Assembly (NCBI GenBank): GCA_050692985.1
Contig: JBOGVZ010000061.1
Span: forward strand, 81,966 to 145,965
DNA from: Actinomycetota bacterium
GTDB lineage: Bacteria > Actinomycetota > UBA4738 > CALAEC01
Length of the DNA: 64,000 nucleotides
Direction: 5' to 3'
Part shown: one piece after another, positions 50,072-60,236 of the stretch
Numbering within the stretch: the stretch's first letter is position 1
How the letters are laid out: each line of letters starts with the position of its first letter
Notes under the pieces: generated by a model
Database searches by the model: none
What the model was told of the DNA's origin: nothing
What the model saw: only the letters and a program-made list of their open reading frames with translations
Program-made: the position numbers and the translations under genes

Positions 50072-50905
50072 TCACATGCCGCGGGTGGCCACCAGCACCG
50101 CCGGGACCACCGCGGCCAGGACGAACGCGGGGAGGATCAGGAACACCAGGGGGAACAGCATGGCCACGGGGGCTCGCCGGGCCCGCTCCTCCTGGGCGGC
50201 CCGCCGCTCGGCCCGCACCTCGCGGGCAAGGTCCCGGAGGCGGCCGGCCACCGGGGTGCCCAGCCGCTCGCTCCGCTCGAGCGTCGAGGCCAGCCGCCGC
50301 AGGTCCCGCAGCCCGGTCCGCCCGGCCACCGAACGGAGGGTGGCTCGCCACGAGGCTCCCAGCTCCACCTCTCGCCGGGCCGCCGACAGCTCCTCGGCCA
50401 GGGGACCGTGCAGCGCCTCGACCGCCCGGTCCAGGGCCAGTCGAGGCGTGAGCCCCGCGGTGACCGACACGGCGACGAGGTCGAGGAGGTCGGGCACGGC
50501 CGCCGAGATCGTCGCCCGTCTGGCCGCCACCCGCCTGGCCAGCACGAACTCCGGCAGCCGCCACCCCGCCGCCGCCAGCACCACCGCCACCGGCGCGGCC
50601 GCGCCGGAGCCGCCGGGGGCCGCGGTGAGGCCGACCACCAGGCCGGCGGCCGCCACGGCCACCTTGGCGCCCAGCACCCGGTCCACGGAGGGCGGCAGTC
50701 CCGCCGCCCTCTGGCGCTCGACGATGCGAGCCCGGGTGGCCGGCATCCGCACCCGGCGCCCGATCCGGGCCAGGGCGTCGGTGACGGAGCCGTGGCCGGC
50801 AACGTGTTCGAGCCGGGACCGGATCCGGGGATCGGCCCGGCGCCGGAGCCCCGCCACGAACAGGGCCGCCGCCGCGACGTAGGAGACCGCCAGGACCGCG
50901 CTCAC
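50072..50905 (-). CDS. tadC: Type II secretion system F-family protein (TadC)
   Basis: GspF/TadC-like topology; GTG start at 50905 in a GTGA overlap with the tadB stop. Confidence 0.78.
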   Translation of the reverse strand: MSAVLAVSYVAAAALFVAGLRRRADPRIRSRLEHVAGHGSVTDALARIGRRVRMPATRARIVERQRAAGLPPSVDRVLGAKVAVAAAGLVVGLTAAPGGSGAAAPVAVVLAAAGWRLPEFVLARRVAARRATISAAVPDLLDLVAVSVTAGLTPRLALDRAVEALHGPLAEELSAARREVELGASWRATLRSVAGRTGLRDLRRLASTLERSERLGTPVAGRLRDLAREVRAERRAAQEERARRAPVAMLFPLVFLILPAFVLAAVVPAVLVATRGM

Positions 50906-51771
50906 GGCCTCGGCCGGACGATCCGGCGGATCCAGGCGAACCCCAGCGCCTCGCACACCAGGCCCGCCAGCAGGAGCGCGGAGCCCTGCCAGGTTCGATA
51001 GAACGCGCCGAGGCCGTCCCCACCGGTCCCGGAGAGAAGGGAGACGAAGGCGATGGGAAGGACCGCGAGGACGGTCCCCGACGCGCGTCCCTGTGCGGTG
51101 AGCGACCTGATCTGCCGGCGTGCCCCGGCCCGGTGGCCCACGATCTCCGCCACCTGGTCCAGGAGGGCCGGCAGATCACCGCCGGTGCGGCGATAGACGC
51201 CGAGTACGGTGACGAGGAGGTCGGCGTCCGGTGAGCCGATGTCCCGAGCCAGGGATGCCAGGGCCTCCTCCATCGGCTCCCCCACCCCCAGCCTCCGGAC
51301 GGCTCCCTCGAGGGCCGCGCGCAACGGAGGCTCCGCCTCGGCAACGGCCTCGGAAAGGGCCCGCCGCAGCGAGAGTCCCGCCCGAGCCCCGGCCGCCAGA
51401 CCCACCACGACCTCCTTGAGGTCGTCCTCGGCCCGCTCCCGCCGGCGGGCCAGCCGGCGGGACAGCACGGCCTCCAGGCCGAGCGGCGCACCCACCAGCC
51501 CCGCCACCGCACCCACCGGACCGGCCAGCCGGAACCCGGCCAGGCCGGCCAGGACCGAGGCCCCCACCAGGGCACCCACGTAGCTCGCAGCGCCGAACGG
51601 CCACCCCCGCCCGGCCGCACGGGCGGCCAGGCGACCGGTCCTCGGCGAGGGGCTCGCCCCGGGGAAGGCGCCGATCGCCGCCAGGCTCCGGTCGCGGGCC
51701 CCGGCCCGGATGGCGGCCGCGGCCAGCAGGCCGGCCACCCCCAGTCCGGCACCGAAGGCGACCGCCGCCAT
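50902..51771 (-). CDS. tadB: Type II secretion system F-family protein (TadB)
   Basis: 289-aa C-terminal portion of ORF 50902..53076 starting [11 protein letters not shown]; start overlaps the tadA stop. Confidence 0.78.
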   Translation of the reverse strand: MAAVAFGAGLGVAGLLAAAAIRAGARDRSLAAIGAFPGASPSPRTGRLAARAAGRGWPFGAASYVGALVGASVLAGLAGFRLAGPVGAVAGLVGAPLGLEAVLSRRLARRRERAEDDLKEVVVGLAAGARAGLSLRRALSEAVAEAEPPLRAALEGAVRRLGVGEPMEEALASLARDIGSPDADLLVTVLGVYRRTGGDLPALLDQVAEIVGHRAGARRQIRSLTAQGRASGTVLAVLPIAFVSLLSGTGGDGLGAFYRTWQGSALLLAGLVCEALGFAWIRRIVRPRP

Positions 51772-53024
51772 CACCTCGCTCCCACCTGGACCGGACCGGC
51801 AGGCACGGCGCCGTTCCCGGCCGGGCCCCCTCCGGTCCGCTCGAACCACCCGCCGCCACCCCGCCGCCGGAACACGAACAGGTCCTCGAGGGCGGCCCGA
51901 CCGCCTCGCAGCCCATCCACCGCGGTGATGCGGGCCACCCCCCGGCGGCCGTCGGCCAGTCGGGCCATGTGCACCACGAGGTCGATCGTGGTGGCGACCT
52001 GCTCGCGGACGTGGGAGGCCGGGAGGTCGACGTCGGACATCAGGGCCATGGTCTCCAGCCGCGACATCAGCTCCTGCGGCGAGTTGGCGTGGACGGTCGA
52101 CATCGACCCGGGGTGGCCGGTGTTCATGGCCTGGAGCATGTCCAGCGCCTCGGCCCCGCGGACCTCCCCCACCACGATCCGGTCGGGCCGCATGCGCAGC
52201 GCGTTGCGGACCAGGTCCCGGACGGTCACGGCGCCCCGTCCCTCCACGTTCGGTGGGCGGGCCTCGAGCCCCACGACGTGAGGCTGGGCCAGCCGCAGCT
52301 CCGCGGCATCCTCGATCGTGATGATCCGCTCCCCCGGCGGGATGAACTTGGACAGGGCGCCGAGGAGCGTGGTCTTGCCGGACGCGGCGCCGCCCGAGAC
52401 CAGCACGTTGGCCCGCTCCCGGACCGAGCGCCCCAGGAAGGCCACCATCTCCTCGGTGGCCGTCCCCAGGCCCACCAGGTCCTCTGGCCCCAACGGAGTG
52501 ATGCCGAACTTCCGCAGCGTCACCACCGGGCCGCAGAGCGAAAGGGGCGGGACGATCGCGTGGAACCGCGAGCCGTCCGGAAGCCGGGCGTCCACGTATG
52601 GGCACGACTCGTCGACCCGGAGGCCGAGCGGCCCAACGATCCGCTCGATGAGGTGGTGCACAGCCTCCTCCCCCTCGAATAGGCCGCGCTCGACCCCCTC
52701 GATCCGCCCCTTCCGCTCCACGTACACGTCGTCGGCCCCGTTGACCATGACCTCCGTCACGTCGGGGTCCTTCAGCAGGGCCTCGATCGGGCCGAGGCCG
52801 ACGACCTCGTCGGACACCTCGTTGACCAGCCGGGTGAGCTCCCGGGCCGGCAGCACGACGCGGTGCTCCCGCAGCACCGCCATGGCCTCTTCGCGAACGC
52901 GGAGGCGGCGTTCGGCCGGGGCGACCGTTGCCAGCGCACCGGCATCCACCCGCTCCCGGACCCGCGTGGCCACCAGCGACGCCATGCGGCGCCCGGCCCC
53001 GGCGGGATGCCACCGCAGCGTCAT
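51771..53024 (-). CDS. tadA: CpaF/TadA-family secretion ATPase
   Basis: Walker [11 protein letters not shown], Asp box, Walker B, and VirB11-like His box. Confidence 0.9.
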   Translation of the reverse strand: MTLRWHPAGAGRRMASLVATRVRERVDAGALATVAPAERRLRVREEAMAVLREHRVVLPARELTRLVNEVSDEVVGLGPIEALLKDPDVTEVMVNGADDVYVERKGRIEGVERGLFEGEEAVHHLIERIVGPLGLRVDESCPYVDARLPDGSRFHAIVPPLSLCGPVVTLRKFGITPLGPEDLVGLGTATEEMVAFLGRSVRERANVLVSGGAASGKTTLLGALSKFIPPGERIITIEDAAELRLAQPHVVGLEARPPNVEGRGAVTVRDLVRNALRMRPDRIVVGEVRGAEALDMLQAMNTGHPGSMSTVHANSPQELMSRLETMALMSDVDLPASHVREQVATTIDLVVHMARLADGRRGVARITAVDGLRGGRAALEDLFVFRRRGGGGWFERTGGGPAGNGAVPAGPVQVGAR

Positions 53025-54101
53025 CGGTGCTCCTCCGGGGGGGCGGCCGCCAACCGGCCGGCCAGGGCCGCCACACGCCGGGCGGCGGGACCGGAGCGGA
53101 CCAGCTCGCCCCGGTCCTGAGCCCGGGACACCGAGCGGTCCGCCCGGATCACGGCCACCGGCCGCTTGCCGAACACCCGCTCTCGGGCACCACCTCGGAC
53201 CTGGAGGCCCGGTTGATCACCAGCGAACAGCGGCCGTCCAGTCCGAGGCCTCCCAGCGTGGCCAGCACCCGGCGGGCCTCGCGGAACGCCATGACGTCAA
53301 GCGTGGCCACGACCAGGACCTCGTCGGCGGCCTCCAGCGCCGCCCGCACCCCCGGGTCCAGGGTGCGCGGGAGGTGCAGGAGGACGACGTCGAAGCGGGA
53401 TCGCAGCACCCGGGCCAGGGCCGTCACGTGGCGGTCCTCGAGCGGCTCCCCGGGCTCGTCGGGCGCCAGCAGGACCCGGAACCCGCCGGGTGCGCGTACA
53501 GGACCCGGTCCAGGTGCTCGGGTGCGAGCTCGTCGAGCACCGGCCGCAGCTGGGCCACCGTGGGCACATCGGCTCCGGGGGCGATCCCCAGGGCGGCGGC
53601 CACGTCCGCGTGGACGGGGTCCAGGTCGGCCAGCACGGCCGTCGCTCCGCGGGAGGCGAACGACGCGGCCAGCGTGGTGGCCAGGAACGTGACGCCGGCG
53701 CCCCCGCGGGCCCCGTACACCGCCACGGCCCGTCCGGGCGTGCGGCCCTCGGCAACCCGGGGGCGGGCGGCCCGCTCGGCGTCGCGGGCCAGCGCTTCCC
53801 GCTCCTCCGGCCACAGGTAGAAGCCCCTGGCCCCGGCTCGGATCGCGGTGCGGAGGGCCTCGGTCGTCTCCCGCTCCGCCACCACCAGGACGGCCGCCCC
53901 GTCCAGGTCCGGGGCCGGGCCGAGCACGGCCGGCGAGACCACCGCGGCGTCGGGAGCGGCCTCGCGGACCTCCCGGGCCAGGCGGTGGCCGTCAGCCGCG
54001 GCCCCGACCACCCGCAGGGCCGGGCGCCGGTCCAGGAAGTGAAGGACCTCTTCCTGGAGGGCCGCATCGTCGACCCCCAGCACTACCGTGGTCTCCTGCA
54101 C
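53022..54101 (-). CDS. tadZ: CpaE/TadZ-like protein (REC-like N-domain plus ParA/MinD-like ATPase domain), with two apparent frameshifts (near 53480-53495 and 53178-53186)
   Basis: Three frames together give ...VLYAHPAG|FRVLLAPDEPGE...VINRASRSEVVPE|RVFGKRPVAVIRADRSVSRAQDRGELV... ending in an ATGA overlap with tadA. Confidence 0.65.
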
Positions 54102-54282
54102 CCCGTGCCTCCTCGGGCGAACGTCGTGGGGAAGCCGGAGGGGGAGGTCCACTCGCCGTGGCGAGCGGTGCGAACGCTACCAGGGCGGTCGAGCCCGGCA
54201 CATCGCCAGGCGGGGGGATCTCACGGGGGGATTCTCCGCTCCCCCATCCGGGGGAGCTGGAGGCCGTGCCGGCCCGAGCGGC

Positions 54283-54915
54283 CTACTCGACCGCTTCGAT
54301 GCCCATGCGGTCGAGCCGGGCACGGTGCCGCTGGAGGAGGTCGAGGAGCATCCGTTTCTCCCCCTCCTCGCCCCCCAGCAGCGTGCGGATGGCCTCGGTC
54401 TCGTCGAGCGCTCGCCGGGTCTGGGTCAGGGCCTCGCCGATGACCCTGCGCGCGTAGGCCGCCACCCGCTCGGCCGCGGCGGGGTCGTCCCCGGTCCCCC
54501 GGGTGATCTCGTCGAGGGCGAAGGACTCCTGGTCGGCCCGGTCCGAGAGCTGGCGGATCACCACGGCGGAGACCGGGTCGAGCGAGGGGATCAGCACGTC
54601 CCCGAACTCGCTCATGAGCGCATCGCCCACGTAGTGGAACGTCTGGGCCTCCAGCCAGTCGGTGGGCACCGTCCGCTCGAAGAACGCGTCGAAGAACCGC
54701 CGGAACGGCTCGGCCAGGCCCTCCACGCCCATCTCCCGGACCCGGGCCTCGATCAGCGCCGCGTTGTCCCGCTCCCGGGCGGCCACCTGCCGCTGGAACT
54801 GCTGGGTCCTTCCGTCGGGCGCCAGGGCCACGTTCTCCTCGGCCCGGTGCTGGGCCAGCCGCTCGCCGTAGGACAGGGCCCCCAGGACCTCGGCCACCGC
54901 TCGGGCGTCTGGCAT
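54283..54915 (-). CDS. Ferritin-like fold hypothetical protein
   Basis: Helical protein, about 210 aa, with paired E/H-containing helices (ERLAQHRAEE...EITRGTGDDPAAAERV); start chosen at the internal Met MPDARAV. Confidence 0.4.
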   Translation of the reverse strand: MPDARAVAEVLGALSYGERLAQHRAEENVALAPDGRTQQFQRQVAARERDNAALIEARVREMGVEGLAEPFRRFFDAFFERTVPTDWLEAQTFHYVGDALMSEFGDVLIPSLDPVSAVVIRQLSDRADQESFALDEITRGTGDDPAAAERVAAYARRVIGEALTQTRRALDETEAIRTLLGGEEGEKRMLLDLLQRHRARLDRMGIEAVE

Positions 54916-54980
54916 CCCCCCGATTCTATGGGCCGCCTTCCGAGGAAATGTCACACCCCCGGGCTACGATCGGTGTCGAG

Positions 54981-55253
54981 ATGGCACCCGTGGTCGAGCT
55001 GGAGCGGTGGCGCCGGGAGCGCGCGGCCGGGGCCCACGCGGCCACGGCCGCCCAGGGGGAGCGCCTGGAGCGGGCCGTGGAGCGGCTGGACCGGCTGCTG
55101 GCGGAGCTGGGATGGCACCGCCGGGCCCCCTCGTGGGTCGTGACCGAGCTGCTGGCCATCCAGGGGGCCGTCTCCATGGGGCTGACCGAGGAGGCCGCGA
55201 TCCGGGCGGAGACGCTGGCGGCCAGGTCGGCTCGCCGCCGGGCTCGCCGGTAG
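54981..55253 (+). CDS. Small hypothetical protein (about 90 aa)
   Basis: MAPVVELERWRRERAAG...; Arg-rich C-terminus. Confidence 0.3.
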   Translation: MAPVVELERWRRERAAGAHAATAAQGERLERAVERLDRLLAELGWHRRAPSWVVTELLAIQGAVSMGLTEEAAIRAETLAARSARRRARR

Positions 55254-55457
55254 GCCGGCGGCCGGGGGGGGGCCCGGGACCACGTCTCCGGAGGCCGGGC
55301 ACAGACGAAGGGGGCAGCTACCAAGCGCTCTCCTTCGCTGACATGCCCAGACGGCCACGCCGTTGAGGCCTGGGCGTCCGAGCTTTGCCTCCCGCGGCAG
55401 ACCGAGCGTGGGTTCTGCCCCCTTCGGAGGAACCTCTCGGCGCCTCGTCCCCATTTT

Positions 55458-55478
55458 TCCCCGACTGGGGATCGTTTT
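55458..55478 (+). terminator. Hairpin CCCC-GACT-GGGG followed by ATCGTTTTC (Rho-independent terminator candidate)
   Basis: Read directly in the 257-nt convergent intergenic region. Confidence 0.35.
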
Positions 55479-55509
55479 CAACCCGGGGGGGCGGCCTCGG
55501 GGGACGGGG

Positions 55510-56394
55510 TCAGGCGGCCTTGCGAGCGACGGCCCGGAGGGTCCGGCGGCCCACCGATGCACGGCGGGCGGCCAGCACCCGGGGGCGGACGATCACCCAC
55601 CCGATCACCACGGCCAGCACGGCGGCGCCGGCCATCATGGCCGCCGGCGAGGGCCGGGGCACCTCGGCGAACCGATGTCTCAGGCGGACCGGGCGGCGGA
55701 AGTCGCGGATCTTCCACCCTCGCTGCTCGGCCACCTTGCGCAGCTCGCGGTCGGGGTTGACGGCCACCGGGTTGCCGACCGCCTCGAGCATCGGCAGGTC
55801 GGTGCTCGAGTCCGAGTAGGCGTACGAGGCCGACAGGTCCAGCCCCTCCCGCTCCGCCACCTCGCGGATGGCCTCGGCCTTGTGCTCGCGGTAGCAGTAG
55901 AACTCCAGCTTCCCCGTGTACTTGCCGTCCACCGTCTCGGCCCGGGTGGCGATCACGTCGTCCGCACCGAGGCGCTCCGCCAGCGGGCGGACCACCTCCT
56001 CCGGCGACGAGGACACGATGTACACCCGGCGGTCCAGGGCCCGGTGGAGCGCGATCAGGTCCAGGGCCTCCTGGTAGATGTAGGGATCGACGACCTCCTC
56101 CAGGGCCCGGCGCACGATCTCCTCCACCTCGGCACGGTCCCACCCGGTGGTCAGCGCCAGCATGCCCTCCTTGGCCCGGTCCATGCGCCTCTGGTCCGCG
56201 CCGATCATCAGGTACACGAGCTGGGCGTAGGCCCCCTTGAGCAGCTGGGACCGGCTCACCAGCCCGGCCCGGTAGAACGGCCGGGTCAGCGCCAGCGAGC
56301 TGGACTTGGAGATGACCGTCTTGTCGAGATCGAAGAAGGCGGCCTCCACGGCCCTTATGGTAGCCGACGCCCCCGGCCTCGTCGGGCAATCCAA
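55510..56394 (-). CDS. HAD-IB family hydrolase (SerB-like phosphatase fold) with a C-terminal TM anchor
   Basis: FFDLDKTV motif I, S/T motif II, and K...GD(x)SD motif IV (YSDSSTDLPML). Confidence 0.78.
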   Translation of the reverse strand: MDCPTRPGASATIRAVEAAFFDLDKTVISKSSSLALTRPFYRAGLVSRSQLLKGAYAQLVYLMIGADQRRMDRAKEGMLALTTGWDRAEVEEIVRRALEEVVDPYIYQEALDLIALHRALDRRVYIVSSSPEEVVRPLAERLGADDVIATRAETVDGKYTGKLEFYCYREHKAEAIREVAEREGLDLSASYAYSDSSTDLPMLEAVGNPVAVNPDRELRKVAEQRGWKIRDFRRPVRLRHRFAEVPRPSPAAMMAGAAVLAVVIGWVIVRPRVLAARRASVGRRTLRAVARKAA

Positions 56395-56406
56395 GCAAGC
56401 GCCCCG

Positions 56407-57450
56407 CTAGCGGATCGTCTCCGCACCCAGGTCCTTCTCGGCCGGGCCCTGCATGAGCTTCCCATGGCGGTCGTACCGCGAGCCGTGACAGGGGCAGTCC
56501 CAGGTCCGGTCGGTGTCGTTCCAGTCCACCGTGCACCCCATGTGCGTGCACCGAGGGTTGAGGGCCACCAGCGAGGCATCCTCCTCCCGGTAGACCGCCA
56601 GCTTCCTGCCGTCCACGTCCACCAGCCCCCCGTGGCCCGGCGCCAGGTCGTCCGCCGAGCGGTCCATGGTCTTGGCCACCAGCACGTCGGTGGCGGCCTG
56701 GTGGGCCACCTTGCTGGGGATCGAGCCGAGCAGGTAGCGGCGGGTGCCGGCCATCCCCTTATTGCCCACCACCACCAGCCCCGCGCCCTCCTCCTCGGCC
56801 ACCTCCGCGATCTTCTCGGCGGGCTCGCCCTCGACCAGCCGCTCCTGCACGCCCAGGGCCCGGGGCTTGGCCTTGCGGGCCCGCTCGAGCATGATCTTGC
56901 CGATCAGGGGGTCCCCGGCCACGTAGACCAGCGTGACCCCGATCCCCAGCATCATCCCCAGGTCGTAGGCCTTGCGGACCGCCTCGCTGGCGGTGGGCGA
57001 GCCGTCGGTGCCCACCACGATCCTGGGGTACAGCCGCTCGGGGGGCTCCCACCCCTCCTCGGTGGCGGTGGTGCGGACGATGAGGACGTCGCAGGGCGCC
57101 TCGAGGGCCGCCTCCTCCGCGATGGCGCTCAACCGGAACCGCCTGGCCTTGCCCATCCCCACGCTCCCCACCACGATGAGGTCGGCGCTCTCCCGCTGGG
57201 CCACGCCCTTGATCACCTTGGCCGGCGAGCCCTCGGCCATGGCGGTCCGCACCTCGATCCCCTCGCGCCGGGCGGCGTCCGCCGCGTAGCCCAGCATCTC
57301 GGCCACCAGCCGGTCGTTCATCTCGGGGCGGTAGGCCGACACGATCACCAGGCGTCCCCCGACCAGCTTGGCGAACCGGGCCGCGGCCCGCTGGGCCCGG
57401 AACGCGGTCTCCGACCCGTCGGTCCCGATCACGATGGTCCTGTACCCCAC
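56407..57450 (-). CDS. Tandem universal-stress-protein (UspA) domains fused to a C-terminal Rieske [2Fe-2S] domain
   Basis: Two USP blocks (IVIGTDGSE...VVGSVG; IVVGTDGSPTA...VVVGNKGM...GS), then CTHMGC...CPCHGS Rieske ligands. GTG start at 57450. Confidence 0.8.
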   Translation of the reverse strand: MGYRTIVIGTDGSETAFRAQRAAARFAKLVGGRLVIVSAYRPEMNDRLVAEMLGYAADAARREGIEVRTAMAEGSPAKVIKGVAQRESADLIVVGSVGMGKARRFRLSAIAEEAALEAPCDVLIVRTTATEEGWEPPERLYPRIVVGTDGSPTASEAVRKAYDLGMMLGIGVTLVYVAGDPLIGKIMLERARKAKPRALGVQERLVEGEPAEKIAEVAEEEGAGLVVVGNKGMAGTRRYLLGSIPSKVAHQAATDVLVAKTMDRSADDLAPGHGGLVDVDGRKLAVYREEDASLVALNPRCTHMGCTVDWNDTDRTWDCPCHGSRYDRHGKLMQGPAEKDLGAETIR

Positions 57451-58250
57451 TAGGCCGCCTCCACGGTCCCGGTGATCGTCGTCGGGTGCACGTCGCACCG
57501 GAAGAAGTATCCCCCGGCCTCCAGGGGGTCCAACCGGTAGGTGATGGTCATGGGCCCGTTGATGATGTCCCCCACGAACCGGGCATCGGCGGCCGACTCA
57601 TCCTCGTAGACGGCCACGTTGTGGGGGACGCCCCGGCTCTGGTTGTCGAACACGATGGCGAACGGCTCGTCGGCGGGCACCCTCAGGATGTCGGTGGAGA
57701 AGGCCACCTCGTCCGTGGCGATCTCCACCGCCGCGACGCCGGGGGGCGCGTCCGGCTCCGCGGCCGCCCGGGGGGCGAGCCCGAAGGTGGGCTTGAAGAT
57801 CATCATCCACAGGATCAGCCCCAAGCCCACGAAGCCGACCACGGCGATGGTGACGGGCCGTGCCGACCGCAGCACCCGATCGAACTCCTCCGCGGAGACC
57901 GCCTCCGACCCTCCCGTCATGGCCCCGGTGACGAGCCTGACCCGTGAGTAGTACCGGGTGGCGAGGAGGGCCATGATCACGATCACCACCACCAGCACCC
58001 CGATCGAGGCCCAGATCCAGCCGTAGCCCCACCAGCTCCCCTGGAACCCGGCCACGATCCCCCCCGCCAGGAGGACCCCGATGGAGACCCACATCGGACC
58101 GATGGAGCGGCTCGACAGATCGAGGAGGGCGGCGATCTTGCCGGGGTCCCGCTCGGCCCGCAAGCGGAAGGACACGCCGACCGACACCCCGTGGGCCACC
58201 AGGAACCCGAACACGCCCACGAGATGGACGAACACCCACCACTGGTACAC
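57450..58250 (-). CDS. Membrane protein (4 TM) with a C-terminal cupredoxin-like domain
   Basis: VPHNVAVYEDE...FRCDVHPTTITGTV (His/Cys/His ligand pattern). GTG start at 58250 with GGGAGG upstream. Confidence 0.55.
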   Translation of the reverse strand: MYQWWVFVHLVGVFGFLVAHGVSVGVSFRLRAERDPGKIAALLDLSSRSIGPMWVSIGVLLAGGIVAGFQGSWWGYGWIWASIGVLVVVIVIMALLATRYYSRVRLVTGAMTGGSEAVSAEEFDRVLRSARPVTIAVVGFVGLGLILWMMIFKPTFGLAPRAAAEPDAPPGVAAVEIATDEVAFSTDILRVPADEPFAIVFDNQSRGVPHNVAVYEDESAADARFVGDIINGPMTITYRLDPLEAGGYFFRCDVHPTTITGTVEAA

Positions 58251-58413
58251 CGGCCTCCCTCCCCTCGGCGGCCCATGGTACAGACGCCCGTCCTGGGGCC
58301 GGGAGGGGCCGCCGATTGGACTCCTGGGGAGGCCCGGGGATAGATTGCCCGAAGGCGACGAAGAGGGGGCGAGCCGGGGGAATCGCCCACACCGACACGA
58401 GGGGGTGTCCATG

Positions 58414-59856
58414 CGCGCGATCGACCGACGCACCTTCCTGCGGCAGGGGCTCTCGGCGGCGGCCGGGGTCGCCACCCTGGCCGGACCCTTCCGGGGGATG
58501 ATCGCCCGGGCGGCGATGGCCTCGCCCACGATCTCCAACGAGGCCGGGTACGGCCCGCTGATGCCCGTGCCCGACCTGCGTGACGGCGTGGTCCGGCTTC
58601 ACCTGCCGGAGGGCTTCGCCTACCGCTCCTTCAGCTACACGGGCGAGGTCATGGACGACGGCGTGACGGTCCCCGGGCGCCACGACGGGATGGCGGCGTT
58701 CCCCTCGGGCCCCGGCCGCTACCGCCTGGTCCGCAACCAGGAGATCAACGGGCCCGGGACGGCCTTCGGTGACCTCGACAAGGCCTACGACCCGGCCGCA
58801 CGGGGGGGGACGACCACGCTGGAGGTGAACCCGACGGCCGAGCAGGTGCGCTCGTGGGTGAGCCTCAACGGCACCCAGATGAACTGCGCCGGCGGCCCCA
58901 TGCCGTGGGGTTCGTGGATCACCTGTGAAGAGACCGTGAACGGCCCCGACGTGGGCCCGGACTTCACCGGGGCGTCGAACCGGCCCCTCAAGCGGCCCCA
59001 CGGGTACATCTTCGAGGTGCCGTCGAGCTGGGGCCGCGGCCAGTACCAGCAGGTGCGGCCGATCAAGAGCGCCGGCCGGTTCGCCCACGAGGCCGTGGCC
59101 CTCGACCCGGCCACCGGGTTCCTGTACCTGACCGAGGACAACTTCGGGTTCCCCTCGGGGTTCTACCGGTACAGCAGCCGCCAGAACCCGATGGACGTGG
59201 GACAGCTGAGCGACCGCGGCATCCTGGAGATGCTGGCCGTGGTGGGCGAGCCGAACGCCGAGCTGCACACCGGACGAACGGTCGGCGAGACGCTCGAGGT
59301 GTCGTGGGTGGAGATCCCCGACCCGGACCCCACGTTCACGGGGACCCCGTCGAACGACGAGGCGATCCAGGCGGTGAGCCGGCAGGGGCTCGACCAGGGC
59401 GCGGCGATCTGGAGCCGGCTGGAGGGGATCCACTACGGGGGCGGCATCGTGTACATCGTCTCCACCCAGGGCGGTGACTCCACCGACGGGGGCCCCAGCG
59501 GAGGGTTCGGGCGGGGCTACGGCCAGGTCTGGGCCCACGACCCGGCGGCCGCGACGATCACGCTCCTGTTCGAGTCCCCGGGCAAGGAGGTCCTGGAGCT
59601 GCCGGACAACGCCGAGGTCAGCCCTCAGGGCTCCGTGTTGCTGAACGAGGATGGACCGGTGGAGAACTTCCTCCGCGGCCTGACGCCCGACGGCGAGCTG
59701 TTCGACTTCGCCATGAACGCCATCGAGGGCCGGATGGCGGAGGAGTTCGCCGGCTCCACGTTCAGCTCCGACGGCCGGGTGCTGTTCGTGAACATCCAGG
59801 CCGCGTCGGCGCTGACGTTCGCGATCTGGGGCCCGTGGGAGGCCGGTCCCCTGTAG
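58414..59856 (+). CDS. phoX: PhoX-family (DUF839) alkaline phosphatase with a Tat signal peptide
   Basis: MRAIDRRTFLRQGLSAAAGVATLAG (twin-arginine), then a beta-propeller-like PhoX sequence (GGTTTLEVNP..., TCEET, LYLTEDN). Confidence 0.82.
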   Translation, partial: RAIDRRTFLRQGLSAAAGVATLAGPFRGMIARAAMASPTISNEAGYGPLMPVPDLRDGVVRLHLPEGFAYRSFSYTGEVMDDGVTVPGRHDGMAAFPSGPGRYRLVRNQEINGPGTAFGDLDKAYDPAARGGTTTLEVNPTAEQVRSWVSLNGTQMNCAGGPMPWGSWITCEETVNGPDVGPDFTGASNRPLKRPHGYIFEVPSSWGRGQYQQVRPIKSAGRFAHEAVALDPATGFLYLTEDNFGFPSGFYRYSSRQNPMDVGQLSDRGILEMLAVVGEPNAELHTGRTVGETLEVSWVEIPDPDPTFTGTPSNDEAIQAVSRQGLDQGAAIWSRLEGIHYGGGIVYIVSTQGGDSTDGGPSGGFGRGYGQVWAHDPAAATITLLFESPGKEVLELPDNAEVSPQGSVLLNEDGPVENFLRGLTPDGELFDFAMNAIEGRMAEEFAGSTFSSDGRVLFVNIQAASALTFAIWGPWEAGPL

Positions 59857-59870
59857 GTCTCCGAGGGCGG

Positions 59871-60236
59871 TTAGAGCTCGCGGTCCCCGGCCACCCGTGA
59901 GACGGCCTCGTCCACACCGGGCGATACGGGGACCAGCCTGGCGATGTCGGTCAGCTCCAGGACCCGGCGGATCGGCCCCTGCGCCGTCACGACGAGCGCC
60001 ACCCGCTGGCGGCGCAGCCGAAGCCGCTGCCCCAGGGCGATGACCAGCCGGATGCCGGCGCTGTCGAGGTAGGTGACGTCGGAAAGATCCACGACCATAC
60101 CCACGGCGGTGTTGGGAACGGCCTCCCCCATCTTTCGCTCGAGGGCTTCCGCGTTGGACATGTCGATCTCCCCGCGGACCCGGGCGATCACCACCCCCTC
60201 CCGCTCGGTGATGGCCACCGTGGCCAGGGTGCTCAT
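59871..60236 (-). CDS. STAS-domain anti-sigma-factor antagonist
   Basis: 121 aa; phosphorylatable Ser in DLSDVTYLDSAGIRL. Confidence 0.85.
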   Translation of the reverse strand: MSTLATVAITEREGVVIARVRGEIDMSNAEALERKMGEAVPNTAVGMVVDLSDVTYLDSAGIRLVIALGQRLRLRRQRVALVVTAQGPIRRVLELTDIARLVPVSPGVDEAVSRVAGDREL

